The notes under the pieces were generated by a model. That model did no database searches. It was not told the origin of the DNA and was given only the letters and a program-made list of their open reading frames with translations. From assembly GCF_009914755.1 (NCBI RefSeq), contig NC_060947.1: 64,000 nt of DNA. The stretch is one strand, 5' to 3'. Every line of letters starts with the position of its first letter. The stretch's first letter is position 1. The DNA comes from the human T2T-CHM13v2.0 reference genome, Homo sapiens. This document shows, piece after piece, positions 43,740 through 55,376 of the stretch. Made by a program: the position numbers and the translations under genes.

Positions 43740-43891
43740 TAAAATTTTTTATTTTAATTAATTGATTAATATTTTTGAGAAAGTGTCTTACTGTGTTGCC
43801 CAGACTGGTCTCAAACTCCTGGGCTCAAGTGATCCTCCTGCCTCAGTCTTCTGAGTAGCTGGGACTACAGGCACAGGCCACCATGCCCAGC
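43740..43891 (-). mobile_element. FLAM (Alu monomer)
   Basis: Single monomer GTGTTGCCCAGACTGGTCTCAAACTCCTGGGCTCAAGTGATCCTCCTGCCTCAG; flanks ACTTACTTTT. Confidence 0.88.
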
Positions 43892-43900
43892 ACTTACTTT

Positions 43901-44027
43901 TTTTTTTTTTTAATTATACTTTAAGTTTTCGGGTACATGTGCACAATGTGCAAGTTAGTTACATATGTATACATGTGCCATGTTGGTGTGCTATACCCGT
44001 TAACTCGTCATTTAACATTAGGTATAT
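43901..44027 (-). mobile_element. very short L1PA3-like 3' end
   Basis: TTAATTATACTTTAAGTTTTCGGGTACATGTGCAC...TTAGGTATAT; TSD CCAGCACTTACTTT at 43887 and 44028. Confidence 0.95.
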
Positions 44028-44926
44028 CCAGCACTTACTTTTAATCTATCTGTATTTTAAAAACTATGTGTATCTAATTCATTTTTTCTTTGAGCCAATG
44101 TATCTTTAAAAATAATTTTCATATGTTTCCTCTAGAAGAAAAAAATCCAGATTCATATTTGTTACCTTATAAGAAAGCCATGCTCTTCATAAGTAATGTC
44201 TACACAAAAAGCACTATCTGGCATTGTTATTAGCATTGCCAGATAGTTTGTTTGATTCGGGACTGTGAGTGATACATTGTTTAGATGGTTGCATAGCTTG
44301 TTAAACTTCTGATGAGGTCTTCCAGTTCATTCTAGAGGGGTCAAACACAGCATTTTGCATAGTGCCCTGCATATCTTACACACTCAATAAATGAACCATT
44401 ATAACCCAGTCTATTGTGGCTTTCGATTTCTCACTTTCAGTTGGAGCAGGAAACAGGATAGAGAAAAGGTGAATGACAAAGAGATACATCACAGAGACTT
44501 ACACTGTGATATAGTCTTACAGTATAATTTCAAGTACATAGTATCACAAAATCTGGCAACATTAACTCATCTGTGGCATTGAGTGGGTTGTTACGTACAA
44601 TTGTTTCTCTTTTCTTGAAAAACAAATCAATACAAATCAAAACAATCCTGCCCATTGCAGGCTTTTGCAAACATGAATATTTTCCAGTAATAATATAGTG
44701 TTAAAGTTTCAAATCATGGAAATATAATACTCAAAATGGTTTACCTCTCTCCTTTCCCCATCCCTCCCCTCTACCCCCATTTCATCCTTTACAAAATTAA
44801 AAAAAAACATAAAAGCATATGTCAAGCATGTTTCAGTATGTGTCAATTTTAGGGACAAACCCAGAGTCCATTAATCAGTTCAATATGCAGTTCCAACATG
44901 AAACAAGAACCAAATTCCATCTCTCC

Positions 44927-45356
44927 CTTTTAAAAATAGACGATTTTTAGAGCAGTTTTAGTTTCACAGTGGAAATTGAGCAGAAGATACACAGAGTTCC
45001 CATATAACTTTTGCCCCCATACATGTACAGCTTCCCCAACTAGCAACATCCCCCACTAGAGTGGAACATTTGTTACAATGGGTAAATCTACACTGACACA
45101 TCGTTATCACCTAAAGTCCATATATAGTTTACATTAGGGTTCATTCTTTGTGTTGTATATTCTATGGATTTTGACAAATGTATAATGACATGTATCCACG
45201 ATTATAGTATCATACAGAATAGTTTCACTGCCCTAAAAATCCTCTGTGCTCCGCATATTCATTTCCTCTCTCCTGCCCCTGGCTGATTTTTTTTTATTTT
45301 TTATTTTTTTACTGTCTCCATAGTTTTGCCTTTTCCGCAGTGTCATACAGTTGGAG
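44927..45356 (-). mobile_element. L1MC/L1MD 3' end fragment
   Basis: TTTTTAGAGCAGTTTTAGTTTCACAG...TTTACATTAGGGTTCATTCTTTGTGTTGTATATTCTATGG. Confidence 0.88.
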
Positions 45357-46188
45357 CAAATTCCCCTTTAAAGTAACGCAGACCATCAATATTAAATACA
45401 ATTGTTTATGGATATCTATAAAACCAAAAATCCTTTATGTTTCTCTGCTCCCTAGTGTTATAATCATATACTGGATAGGTCAACCACTTTGGGGGGAGTT
45501 AAATCTTGAACTCTTACTTCTGCTTCCAAAATTGAGACATAATTAGTTTATAAATGAATGCCTAGGTCAGGAATGTAAGTTTTTTTTAATAAGAGAAAAA
45601 TCAATTAATGTTGTTAATGACAAGAAATATCATGTAATCATGTCAATAGATGCCTAAAAGGCATTTAATAAAATTCAATATTCATGATTTTAAAATCTCG
45701 ATAAACAAGGAATAGAAGAAAACTTCTTTAATGTCTCATGAAGAATATTTACAAATAAATTACATCAAATTTCACACTTAATGATGACATATTAAATGTA
45801 TTCCTTTAAAAATCATGTGTACAAGAAGAAGTTCTTACTGTCAGTAGTTCTATTCATCATTATATTATTATAGGAATTGGAAAGAAAGAAAAAAGAACTC
45901 ATTATTCATAGATAATATGATTATCTATGTAGAAAACTGCAGATCATTTGCAAATAAAGTTTTACAATTGCTGGATACAAAATAAGCACACGAAATTAAC
46001 TGTGTTTCTTTTTACCAGTAACACACAGAAGATAGAAGAAAAGGAACAATTATAATAGCATCATAATTTTAAAGTATTTAGGAATGATTTCCACAGAGTT
46101 TTATGGAAATAATTACAAGGCTTTACTGAATATCATTAAAGAACATTAATAAAATGGAGTATCACACAATATCCATAGATGTGAACAC

Positions 46189-46688
46189 TTAATTATCTCT
46201 TGCCGCAGAACCAATTACCCCAAACTTAGTGTTTAAAACAACAAGCATTTATTAACTCACAGTTTCTGCAGGTCAAGCATTCAAGAGAAGCTTAGTTATA
46301 TGGTTCTGTTCATGGTCTTTTGTGAGGTTGCAATCAAGATGTCAGCTGAGGATGTAGCGACCTGAAAGCTTGACTGGGGTTAGTGGATCTACTTCCAAGC
46401 TCACTTACACTGCTGTCTGCAAGAGACTTCAGTTCCTGTCTGGCTGTTGACTGGAGGCATCAGTTCCTCAAAACATAGGTCTTTCCATATGGCAATTTGA
46501 CAGTTGGCTTCCTCCAGAATCGATGATCCAAAAGAGAAAGTCTCGAAGTCATACATCATCATTTATGCTTTTTCTAACTGTTAGAAACAAGTCACTAAGT
46601 CAAGCTCACACTCAATGGGAGGAGAATTAGTCTCCATCCTTTAAAGGAGATGTCAAAGAGTTTTTGGACATATTTTAAACTACCACGA
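46189..46688 (-). mobile_element. MLT1F/G-like MaLR LTR
   Basis: TTACCCCAAACTTAGTGTTTAAAACAACAAGCATTTATTAACTCACAGTTTCTG ... GGACATATTTTAAACTACCAC. Confidence 0.85.
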
Positions 46689-47707
46689 CACTCAATATTA
46701 TAAAGATAGCAGTTGTCTACCAATTTATCCATAGATTCAATGACTCTCAATAAAAAGCTTAATGGATATAGTCTAAAACTTGACAAACTGATCGTTTATA
46801 TAGAAGCACAAACGGTCAAGAATAGCCCATATGGTCTTGTCCGAAGAAGAACGTGATGGGAGAACTTGCCTTTCTAGAAATTCAGAGTATTCTATAGCTC
46901 TAATAATTAAGACTGTGACATAGTGCGTAGAGATAAAGAAGTTGACTAGGTTAACACAAGATATAGAGCCACACATCTGGAAATCTGATTTCTGGAACAG
47001 GTAGCATTGAAAATCAATAGGGAAAAGGTACACTTTTCAATAAATGATTTGGTGACAATTTTTTATCCATATGTAAAAAGTTACATACAAGTTGCTTGTA
47101 AATCGATGATAAATCTAAATGAAAAAAGCAGACTATAAGACTTGTAGAATGTAATATAGGAAAATAATTTCTTTTTTTAAGAGAAAGGCATGAATATCTT
47201 TTATTTGTATACTCAAAATCTAGCACAGGGAGGGCAGAGATGAGAACATCTCTACATTGTGTCACATTGAAAAGGTATTATTCATGATCATACAAGAAAA
47301 GGTAAAGACAATTTGACATCCATGCTTTCAGTATTTTTGTTCTTCCTTGTGGTTCTATACCTTTTAGTGAGATCTCTAAGAACTCCAGGATGAAATTTAA
47401 GGTTTGTTCGTTTTAACAATCAGGAACAGTCAAAGAGATCTATTTTTCTCTAATACTAAGTGGATGATTAAGAGTTGTAGAATAAAGAGTGGGTTTTGAA
47501 AAGTTCTACACGTTATAAATAGGTAAAACTTTAAAATAGAAATTTCTCAATTACACATCTCAGAAGGTAGGATCCGCTTAGGTCCTTAAAGGACATGTGG
47601 ATTTCTTAAATAAGACATAAAATGTACAAATGATTAAGGAGAAGATTGATAAATATGGCTCCTTTTATTAATAAATTAAGAACTTTTATTTACCAAAAAA
47701 CATCATA

Positions 47708-49985
47708 GACTTCCACTTTAAGCCATACTAATTTTCAAACTGGGCAAGCAAGGTTTCTGTTTTATGAGGATTTTCTTTCACCAAAAAATATGTTGATGCA
47801 ATGCAACTGCAATCAACTTGCTTTCTCACCTTAAACAACTACAAAACTGGACAAAATATAGGAAAACAACTATTTTTAGCCATTGGACAATAGGTGTAAA
47901 GTTGTAATCCATAAAAAGAAGAGAAATAAACAAGGTGGGTTCTGTGATTGCTCTGGCTTTCTACCTGGAGTCACTTTCTGGAATATCACACAGTACTGGG
48001 GAACTCAAGTAGATCATGGCAGTCTCTATAAATTGAGGAAACAGAGATCAGAGTTCAGGAAGATTGGGCAGCTAAAATTTGCAGAGCAGAGTACTGGAGA
48101 GGAGAGAACTTGCAGAGACAGAGCTCTAGAAATATCCATGGACTCCTTGAAGTTTTGGCTCAACTGCATACACGTAGGATGAGATTCCATAAGAACCACT
48201 ACTAGAGAGTGGTAAGCTGCACAATTCTCAGAGTTCACATGGGGCTGACCAACCTGAGTGGAGAGACCTCACAAAACACGTGGGCATTCAGTAGAGACCT
48301 AAAAGTGCTGAGCATGTGATTGAGACCTCTTCTTAGTAGTAGATAAAAACTGGCCCTAGACAAACCTAAACCCACCATAATAAAATTTAAAACCAAGCCT
48401 CGGAAGCATCGAACAGATTAACATATAATCACATGCTAAATAAAAACTCAACATTCTTTAAAAGAAGACAACAAAATCTGGAAAACAATGTAAAACTCAT
48501 AATGTCTGGGATCTATTACAAAATTACAAAAAATGCAAATAACATTTAAATATGACCCATAATCAGGCAAAAACTCAGTTCATAGATACAAGCCCCAAAA
48601 TGACGGAGATGATGTAATAAGCAGAAGACAAGGACTTTAAAACATAGTTATTATAAATATGGTGAGCAATTTCATAATGAACATAATGAGGAGAAAAATG
48701 GAAGATATAACAAGAGCAAAATTGAACTTCCGTAGATGAGAAATATGATTTCAAAATTCTCTTGGATGGCTTAATAGCAGGTTAGACACTGCAGAGGAAA
48801 ATATCAGAGAACCTGAAGACATAGCAATAAAACCATTCAAACTACAGCACACAGAGGAAAAAGGGCTGAAAAAAGAAAATGGAACTTCAGTGACCAGTGG
48901 GACAATATTAAATAGTCTAGCATATGGACAGTTGGAGTCCCAGAAAGAGAGGGAGGCAGGAAAAATACTGGAAGAAATAATGTCCCCAAATTTTCTGTAT
49001 TTAATGAAAACTATATATTCAAAGAATCTCAACAAAACCCAACCAGGGGAAACACAAAGGAAATCATATCAACGCATATCATAATCGACTTTCTGAAAAC
49101 CAGTAATAAAGAAAAAATTAAAGAAGCAGATAGGGCAAAAAGACATGTTATATATAGGAAATGTTGTAAGAATAACTGCTGACCTCTCAACAGAAACAAC
49201 AGAAGCCAGAAGAAAAGGCACATCTTACAGGGCTTAAAGAAAAATTGGTCAATCTAGAATTCTATATTAATGAAAATATACTTCAAAAAAAAGTGAAATG
49301 ATAATCTTTCAGACAAACAAAAGCTGAGAGAATTTGTTGCCAGCAAGTCTGTCCTACAAGAAATCTTAAAGGATGTTCTTCAGGCTGAAGAAAAATAATA
49401 CCAGATGGAAATGTGGATCTACACAAAAGAATGAACAGCACAGGGTGTGGTGAATATTTGCGTAAATACAAAATAGGCTTTCTCCTTTGAAAAAAAAAAA
49501 CCACAGTTCTGTAACAGATAATTGACCGTTTAAAGAAAAAAAAAGTAATGTATTGCAAGTCAAGTTGTCTCCTACATAGAAATAAAATGTATGGCAGCAT
49601 CAGCACAAGAACAGGAAGGGGGACCCAGAAGGCTCCTGTGTGAATGTTGGCACACTATCTGTGAAGTGTCTTGATGGTATTTAAAGTGGAGTGGGACAAG
49701 TGAAAGATGCATATTACAAACCCAAGAGTAACCACTAAAAAACTAAAAGAGGAATGACTAATAAGCTCACTGTGGAGATAAAGTGAGGCAGGAAAAGAAA
49801 AAAAAATAACAAATTGAGACAAATAGAAAATAAATAGAAATCTAGTTAGATTTAAACCCAACCATATTTATGATCCCATTAAGTGAAATGGTCTAAATAT
49901 TCCAATTAAAAGGCAAAGATTGCCAGACTAGATAAGAGATGCACTTTAAATATATTATAAAAACAGGATTTTAACATGAAAGGTG
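47708..49985 (+). mobile_element. L1MC/L1MD 5'UTR plus ORF1 remnant (3'-truncated), nested in L1ME
   Basis: GACTTCCACTT...AAACAACTACAAAACTGGACAAAATATA 5' end; ORF1 text TGGAGTCCCAGAAAGAGAG, CAAAAGCTGAGAGAATTTGTTGCCAGC; ORF2 start GGTCTAAATATTCCAATTAAAAGGCA. Confidence 0.8.
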
Positions 49986-51260
49986 CAAAAGCTGCCACAT
50001 AGTGTGTGAAATAAAAACCCAAAATTTGGGAGAAGATACTTGAACCTCAAGAAATTGAAGAAGGATTATTATCCAGTGTATAAAAATAACTCCTATACGT
50101 GAATAAGAAAGAGGTAAATAATCCAATAGAAACAAAAGAGAAAATATTTATGGAAGAACTTCACAGAAGAAAAACCAACCAACATATGAACATATGCCAA
50201 CTGTATCATAATCGGGAAGTACAAATTAATCTAGGACAGAACAATTTTAATTTAATATATACCTACGAGATTTTAAGAAGTGGAGCAATAATGCACTTCT
50301 GCACTGTTGGTGGTGCTGTAAACTTGATCATTTTCTTGGGAAAATATGTTTGCATTATCTCAAAAACTTGAAGATACACATGCTCTATGACTCAGAAGTT
50401 CCATCCTAAAGTACAATCCCTTGAGAGATTCTTGGGCTTGTATATCAAGAGACATGAACATGAATTAAAAAGCAGTATATTTATAACAGCAATAAAACTG
50501 GTTACAACCTAAACATCCATCAACATTGCACAGATAAATAAAGTTGCAATATATTCACACAATAGGAGACTATACTACAATAAAAATTAATAAACTAAAA
50601 CTACACTCAACAGCATACATGAATTTTAGGAACATAGTATTAACAAAAGTAAATTGTAGAATCATACATTAGGATGATTGTGTTTAATTTTCAAAAAATT
50701 CCTCTCATACATGACTCATACAATTATGGGAGGAATGTGTAGAAGGAAAAATTATTCAATTCACAAAAGAGAACCAGCAGGATGGCAAAGCTGCTTCTAA
50801 GACCACTTGAGGAACAGAGATTTATGTAGTCGCGAGAAGGCTGAAATGCATTTGCAAAGTTAAGAGACAAAACTGGTTATATCCCACAGGGCAATAAAAT
50901 AATAACCTTTGGGGTTATCTTCTCTACCCAGCAGAAATACATTTCATCTATACTGGAAAAAAAATGTGCAAGTCAACATGTAACTTTCCAGAGCCTGGGC
51001 CCTGGTCAATAGTAGATAAAGAGAATTATAGTCATCTAGAGAATTTAATGCTCCTTGATTAGCCTGTTGGGTAATGTTCCAGTATGGCATTGAAAGGACA
51101 CGAGGTCAGTTGTAAGTTGTGTGTACATTTTTCTTAACAATTAAGTTTATAAGAATTTCAAAAAACTTAAAACCAAACAATATTTTCACAAATACAAGTG
51201 ATAAAAACTACAAGCAAGAAATGACAAACACAAAATTCAGAATAGGATTTACCTCTAGAG

Positions 51261-51524
51261 CAGTGGTTCTCAACTAGGGGTGATTTTGGTTCCTGTGGAC
51301 ATTTGGCAATATCTGGAGACTACTGTGGACATTTGGCAATATCTGGAGACTACTGTGGACATTTGGCAATGTCTGGTTACTACTGGGGGAGAGGGTGCTA
51401 CTGACATCTAGTGGGTAGAAGCCAGGGACGACGCTGATGAACATTTGACAATGCACAGGACAGCCTGTACAGCAAAGAATTATCTGGTCTCAAAGATTAG
51501 TAGTGCTGAGGTTAAGAAACCTTG
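51261..51524 (+). mobile_element. MER20 hAT-Charlie element with internal 30-bp triplication
   Basis: CAGTGGTTCTCAACTAGGGGTGATTTTG...GACATCTAGTGGGTAGAAGCCAGGGA...GTGCTGAGGTTAAGAAACC. Confidence 0.92.
51293..51385. repeat. 30-bp tandem repeat x3
   Basis: CTGTGGACATTTGGCAATATCTGGAGACTA twice identical, plus one diverged copy. Confidence 0.96.
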
Positions 51525-51699
51525 AGAAAGGGAGTGAATTTGGGGTGAGGCACATAGGGAACAAAATAATGGTAACATTCATTTTCTGAAATTGATTCAG
51601 TGATGCAAACACATGAATGTATTTTGAAATGATTTTAAAAACATGTAGTTTTTTAAAATTTCTACTCAATAATTAATAAACACAATAAAGAAGAAAATG

Positions 51700-51986
51700 G
51701 GACTGGATGAGGTGGCTCACGCCTGTAATCTCAGCACTTTGGGAGGCCAACGTGGGAGGACTCCTTGAGCCCAGAAATTTGAGACTAGCCTGGACAACAT
51801 AGACCCCATCTCCACAAAAAATACAAAAATTAGCAAGATGTGGTGGCACATGCCTGTAGTCCCAACTACTCGGTAGGCTGAGGTGAGAGGATTGCTTGAG
51901 CCCAGGAGGTCAAGGCTGTAGTAAGCTTTGTTCACGCCATTGCACTTCGGCTTGGGTGACAGAGTAAGAACCTGTCTCAAATAAAT
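51700..51986 (+). mobile_element. AluJo-like element
   Basis: Alu dimer with AluJ diagnostics; TSD AAGAAGAAAATG at 51688-51699 and 51987-51998. Confidence 0.94.
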
Positions 51987-52254
51987 AAGAAGAAAATGTT
52001 GGGTCAACAGAACTTTGGACTCCTTGGACATGCAGGTTGGGGATGAACTTTCTGTTTTGAGCAATTGGATAAATGGTGGTACCATTTAAGACTACGCTTT
52101 TTTTTCCTAAAAGAAAAGGCTGCTCAGAACCTATTTCTAGACACTTAGCATTTTATTGAGACGGAAAAACAGCTCTTCACAATTAGAAATATTGTGAAGA
52201 TGACCGTAAATGCAGACTGCATTTGTGAACTACGACAAACCTACTAACTTTGAG

Positions 52255-52555
52255 ATTTGTGAGTCAATGTCGTTTTAAATCCTGCTGGCCATGAGTCACT
52301 GTTTCACCTTCCCTTGGGGAGAGTCAAAAGAGTAAATCCAGCAGTGAGGCCGAGACCTTTTAGCACTGGAAACATCAAATGAGCAGAGGCCCCCAAGATG
52401 TCACAGCTCAGGCGCCCGTTAGCTGGCTTCAATGCCCTCCCGGAGCTAGCTGGCAGCATGAGTCAGCGTCAACTAGAGGATGGAGGCAGGTGAAAGCAAT
52501 TCCCAGTAAGCCCAAAGCCCAGACCAATCAGATTCTCCAGGGGGTGGGCCTAGGG
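52255..52555. promoter_or_regulatory. candidate enhancer: AP-1 / ARE motif cluster
   Basis: Perfect TGAGTCA at 52260, 52292 and 52459 (last extends to ATGAGTCAGC); CCAAT and GGGGTGGG nearby. Motif evidence only. Confidence 0.45.
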
Positions 52556-53449
52556 CATTTCTGGCTTCATTCTGAACTCCCACATAAGTTCGTGGTTACC
52601 CTGGGCTTTAAATGAATGAAAATCAAGTTTTCTGTGATTACAAACAAATGCTATATTTGGTGCCACAGGTGCAGAGAGCTGAAGGTCTGCTATGTGTATC
52701 TTATACTGGAATGAACCGGAGGAGACAGAATGAGATATGGAATTTAGGGAAACGTGATCTTTTTTACTTTTGGATTATGCTCTGATTTCCCCCTTAACCA
52801 TGTAGTTGAATTTTCACACATGATAACAATAATTTTTCTTGCAGCAGATGGGGCCTTTTATGAAAGGGGTTTGCACCTTATTTTATCTTTCATAAGTCTA
52901 AAAATTATACGTAAAAACCCCAAATGTGAGCAGCTCACCTAAACTCTGCCAACCCTTTGTGTTTTTAAACAGCCAACCCGGAGGCAGTGGGACTAGTCAA
53001 GTCTTAAAAATGTGTAATGACCCTCATTACAGAAATTTGAAATGCTGTCCAATCTCAACCCAAATTTTTTTTGGGGAAAAAGTCTGCCCAATGCTAGGTT
53101 TGGGCACAGCAGGATGATACGCTGTGAGTCCAAAGGCCAAGCCAACAGCAGCTCCACGAAGGTAGAGCTCGCTCACGGTTCATTCCATTTAAAACATGTG
53201 CCATATTTGAAAATGGGATCCCTACCTGAGTACACTCCCCTGGTAAAGATAACAGCTGTGGCCTTCATCTAATAGGATTGTTTTCCTGGATTTCAGCAGA
53301 GTTTTGAAAGTCTCAATATATAAAAGATGAAAAAGAGGGAAAGATCCCTTTCAGAAGTAGCCATCATGCTTGGGAAAATTCTTGGGTCACAGAATGGCAG
53401 AGACTGAAAAGTTTTCTACCCTGAATTTGAAGGACAGGAATGTATGTAA

Positions 53450-53615
53450 TGAAAGACTGGGTATTAAAAGAATTCTGTCCCACCCGTTAAGTCCCTGTGT
53501 GATCCTGAAATTTTCTCCTCCTTGCTCTTGATCCACTTTCCTATTTTGTGAGATAAGTGTTTCAGACCTGTAATCTCTGGGGTCCCTTCCATCTGTAGCA
53601 CTCCATGATTCTAAC
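53450..53615 (+). mobile_element. MIR3/MIRc-like SINE remnant
   Basis: CTGTGTGATCCTG...ATCTCTGGGGTCCCTTCCATCTGTAGCACTCCATGATTCTA. Confidence 0.5.
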
Positions 53616-54046
53616 AGCTAATGAAGTTTCATCTGCCAGAATATTCTTTCTTCTCCCACTTTGCTTGCGTTTTAGGGTTCATATGAAGCTATAAAAATTG
53701 TATCTATAAGGCTTACTGCCTATAAATTTTGCTGTTAGCCCAATGTATGTGAAGTAGCTCAAATGAATTTTGGCAAATTTTGGTGTGGGTCATTGGACCT
53801 CAGAGATGGGAAGTGGTGATGGAAATGGAAGAAATGAAGGGAGATTTAGCCCCTTCTTTGGGTTTGTTTAAAGGCCAGTCAGTGCACAGAGAAAATGATG
53901 GATGAATAGGACAGACCTTACCCAGACTTCACAGAGAAAGACAAGACTGGGCGTGTACTTGGTGCTGGGCAGAGGACAGCAAAACCACTCCATGAATGTC
54001 TGGTTTGTGGGAAGCGAGCATGGCTGAAATTTATCATAGTCCAGTT

Positions 54047-54532
54047 GTATTGCTTATCTATTGCTGTGTTTGTGTCTCGTGGCATGGCTTAACTGGGTCC
54101 ACTGCAAGGCTGTATCAGAGTGGTGGCCAGGGAGGTCGGGGCCTCCCAGGTGCAGGTGGGGGCTCTTCCCAGCTCATTCAGGTTGTTGGCAGCATGCAGT
54201 TCCCAGCAAGTTGCTGAGCTGAGGGCCCCAGTTTCTCCCAGGCCGATGGCCACTTAGCCACATGGTTCTGTCCACAGGCAGCTCGCAACATGGCAGCTTG
54301 CTTTTTCAAAGCCAGCAAAGAGAGAGGGAGATGCCAAGGAGACGGGCACTCTGTCAGGTACAGGTAATCATGTCCCTCCTATCACCTTTGCCATAATGAA
54401 TCTAACCACTCTATAAGAGGCAAGTTGCAAGTCCTACCTACACTCAATCAGAGGGAGTTACACAAGAGCGTGGACACTGGGGCCGAGGCAGGGGGGAACG
54501 GGGAGCCACACTAGAGCCCATCTGCCACACCA
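54047..54532 (-). mobile_element. MLT1E/F-like MaLR LTR
   Basis: TGTATTGCTTATCTATTGCTGTG...GCTCATTCAGGTTGTTGGCAGCATGCAGTTCC...CAACATGGCAGCTTGCTTTTTCAAAGCCAGCAA. Confidence 0.82.
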
Positions 54533-54574
54533 GCTACTCCCAGGGTGGTCCCTGATAATTAATTATGTAATCAA

Positions 54575-54700
54575 GCCACTAATCCACTAAACAGACATCC
54601 ACTGGGCATTTATCATAGATTGGCCCTGTGCTGGGTGCTAGAGCACACAAAGAAAAAGAGCCATGGTCCCTGTTGCGGGAGTACCCAGATGAGGGGGGGA
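54575..54700 (-). mobile_element. L2 fragment
   Basis: GGCCCTGTGCTGGGTGCTAGAGCACACAAAGAAAAAGAGCCATGGTCCCTG. Confidence 0.55.
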
Positions 54701-55376
54701 TGCCAGCTTCCTCCCACACTTCAGTTCTGCTGTTCTGTGGGTGACTGCGGTGACATTGCAGCTGCAGCTGTGCTGAGCCTATGTTTGGCACTCTCCTCCA
54801 CTCGGGACTGCTAGGCTGGCTGGGAGCTCCTCAGCCTTCAGAGTGTGTTGTCTCAATGGCCTCCAAAGCTCGCAGCTCCTCCTTTTGGTCACCTGTGGCC
54901 GGGCTGCCCCTGCTCGGCCCTGACTCACTTCCCAGGAGCCAGAGGGCCCTCCCCGGAGTCCATCCAGCCCCTTCTCAGAGCTCTTTTCCAGAACCTCTGC
55001 TGGTGTGGTAGGTCAGGCTGTGGGGTGGGGATGCTGCATGTTCCTCAAGGTTTCTCTAGACCCAATCCATCCACCTTTGCAAGTAAGTCACACCCCTTCT
55101 CAGAAGATGTGGAATCTGAGATGATTCACGTGAAGGTGATTTTGAGGAAAAACCTATAGGTCAGGGGAGACATGGTACTAGGTTGTGGGGACTAGTGAGG
55201 GTGCGGCATCAAACCAAGCCCCATGGAGGGAAGCTCTGGAGACAGAGGAGTTATATTCAGGGCAAGGGACCTGGGGACATTAATTAATTGCCCCATTTCA
55301 CATATTGCTCTAACACTGTATTTAAATTTCCCCTTAGTATGAGTTCTAACTTAGTCTTTAGAATTTCGATTGAGAA

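Larger units (their letters stand above)
45545..51680 (+). mobile_element. ancient L1ME-like LINE (ORF2 to 3'UTR), broken into pieces by MLT1, L1M 5' region, MER20 and unassigned inserts
   Basis: TCAATAGATGCCTAAAAGGCATTTAATAAAATTCAA; TTGCTGGATACAAAATAA; GGGAGAAGATACTTG; ACAACCTAAACATCCATCAACA; AAACACAAAATTCAGAATAG. Confidence 0.75.

Noticed and set aside
51293-51385. 30-bp repeats as a CRISPR-like array
   Set aside because: No spacers; an internal duplication of MER20.
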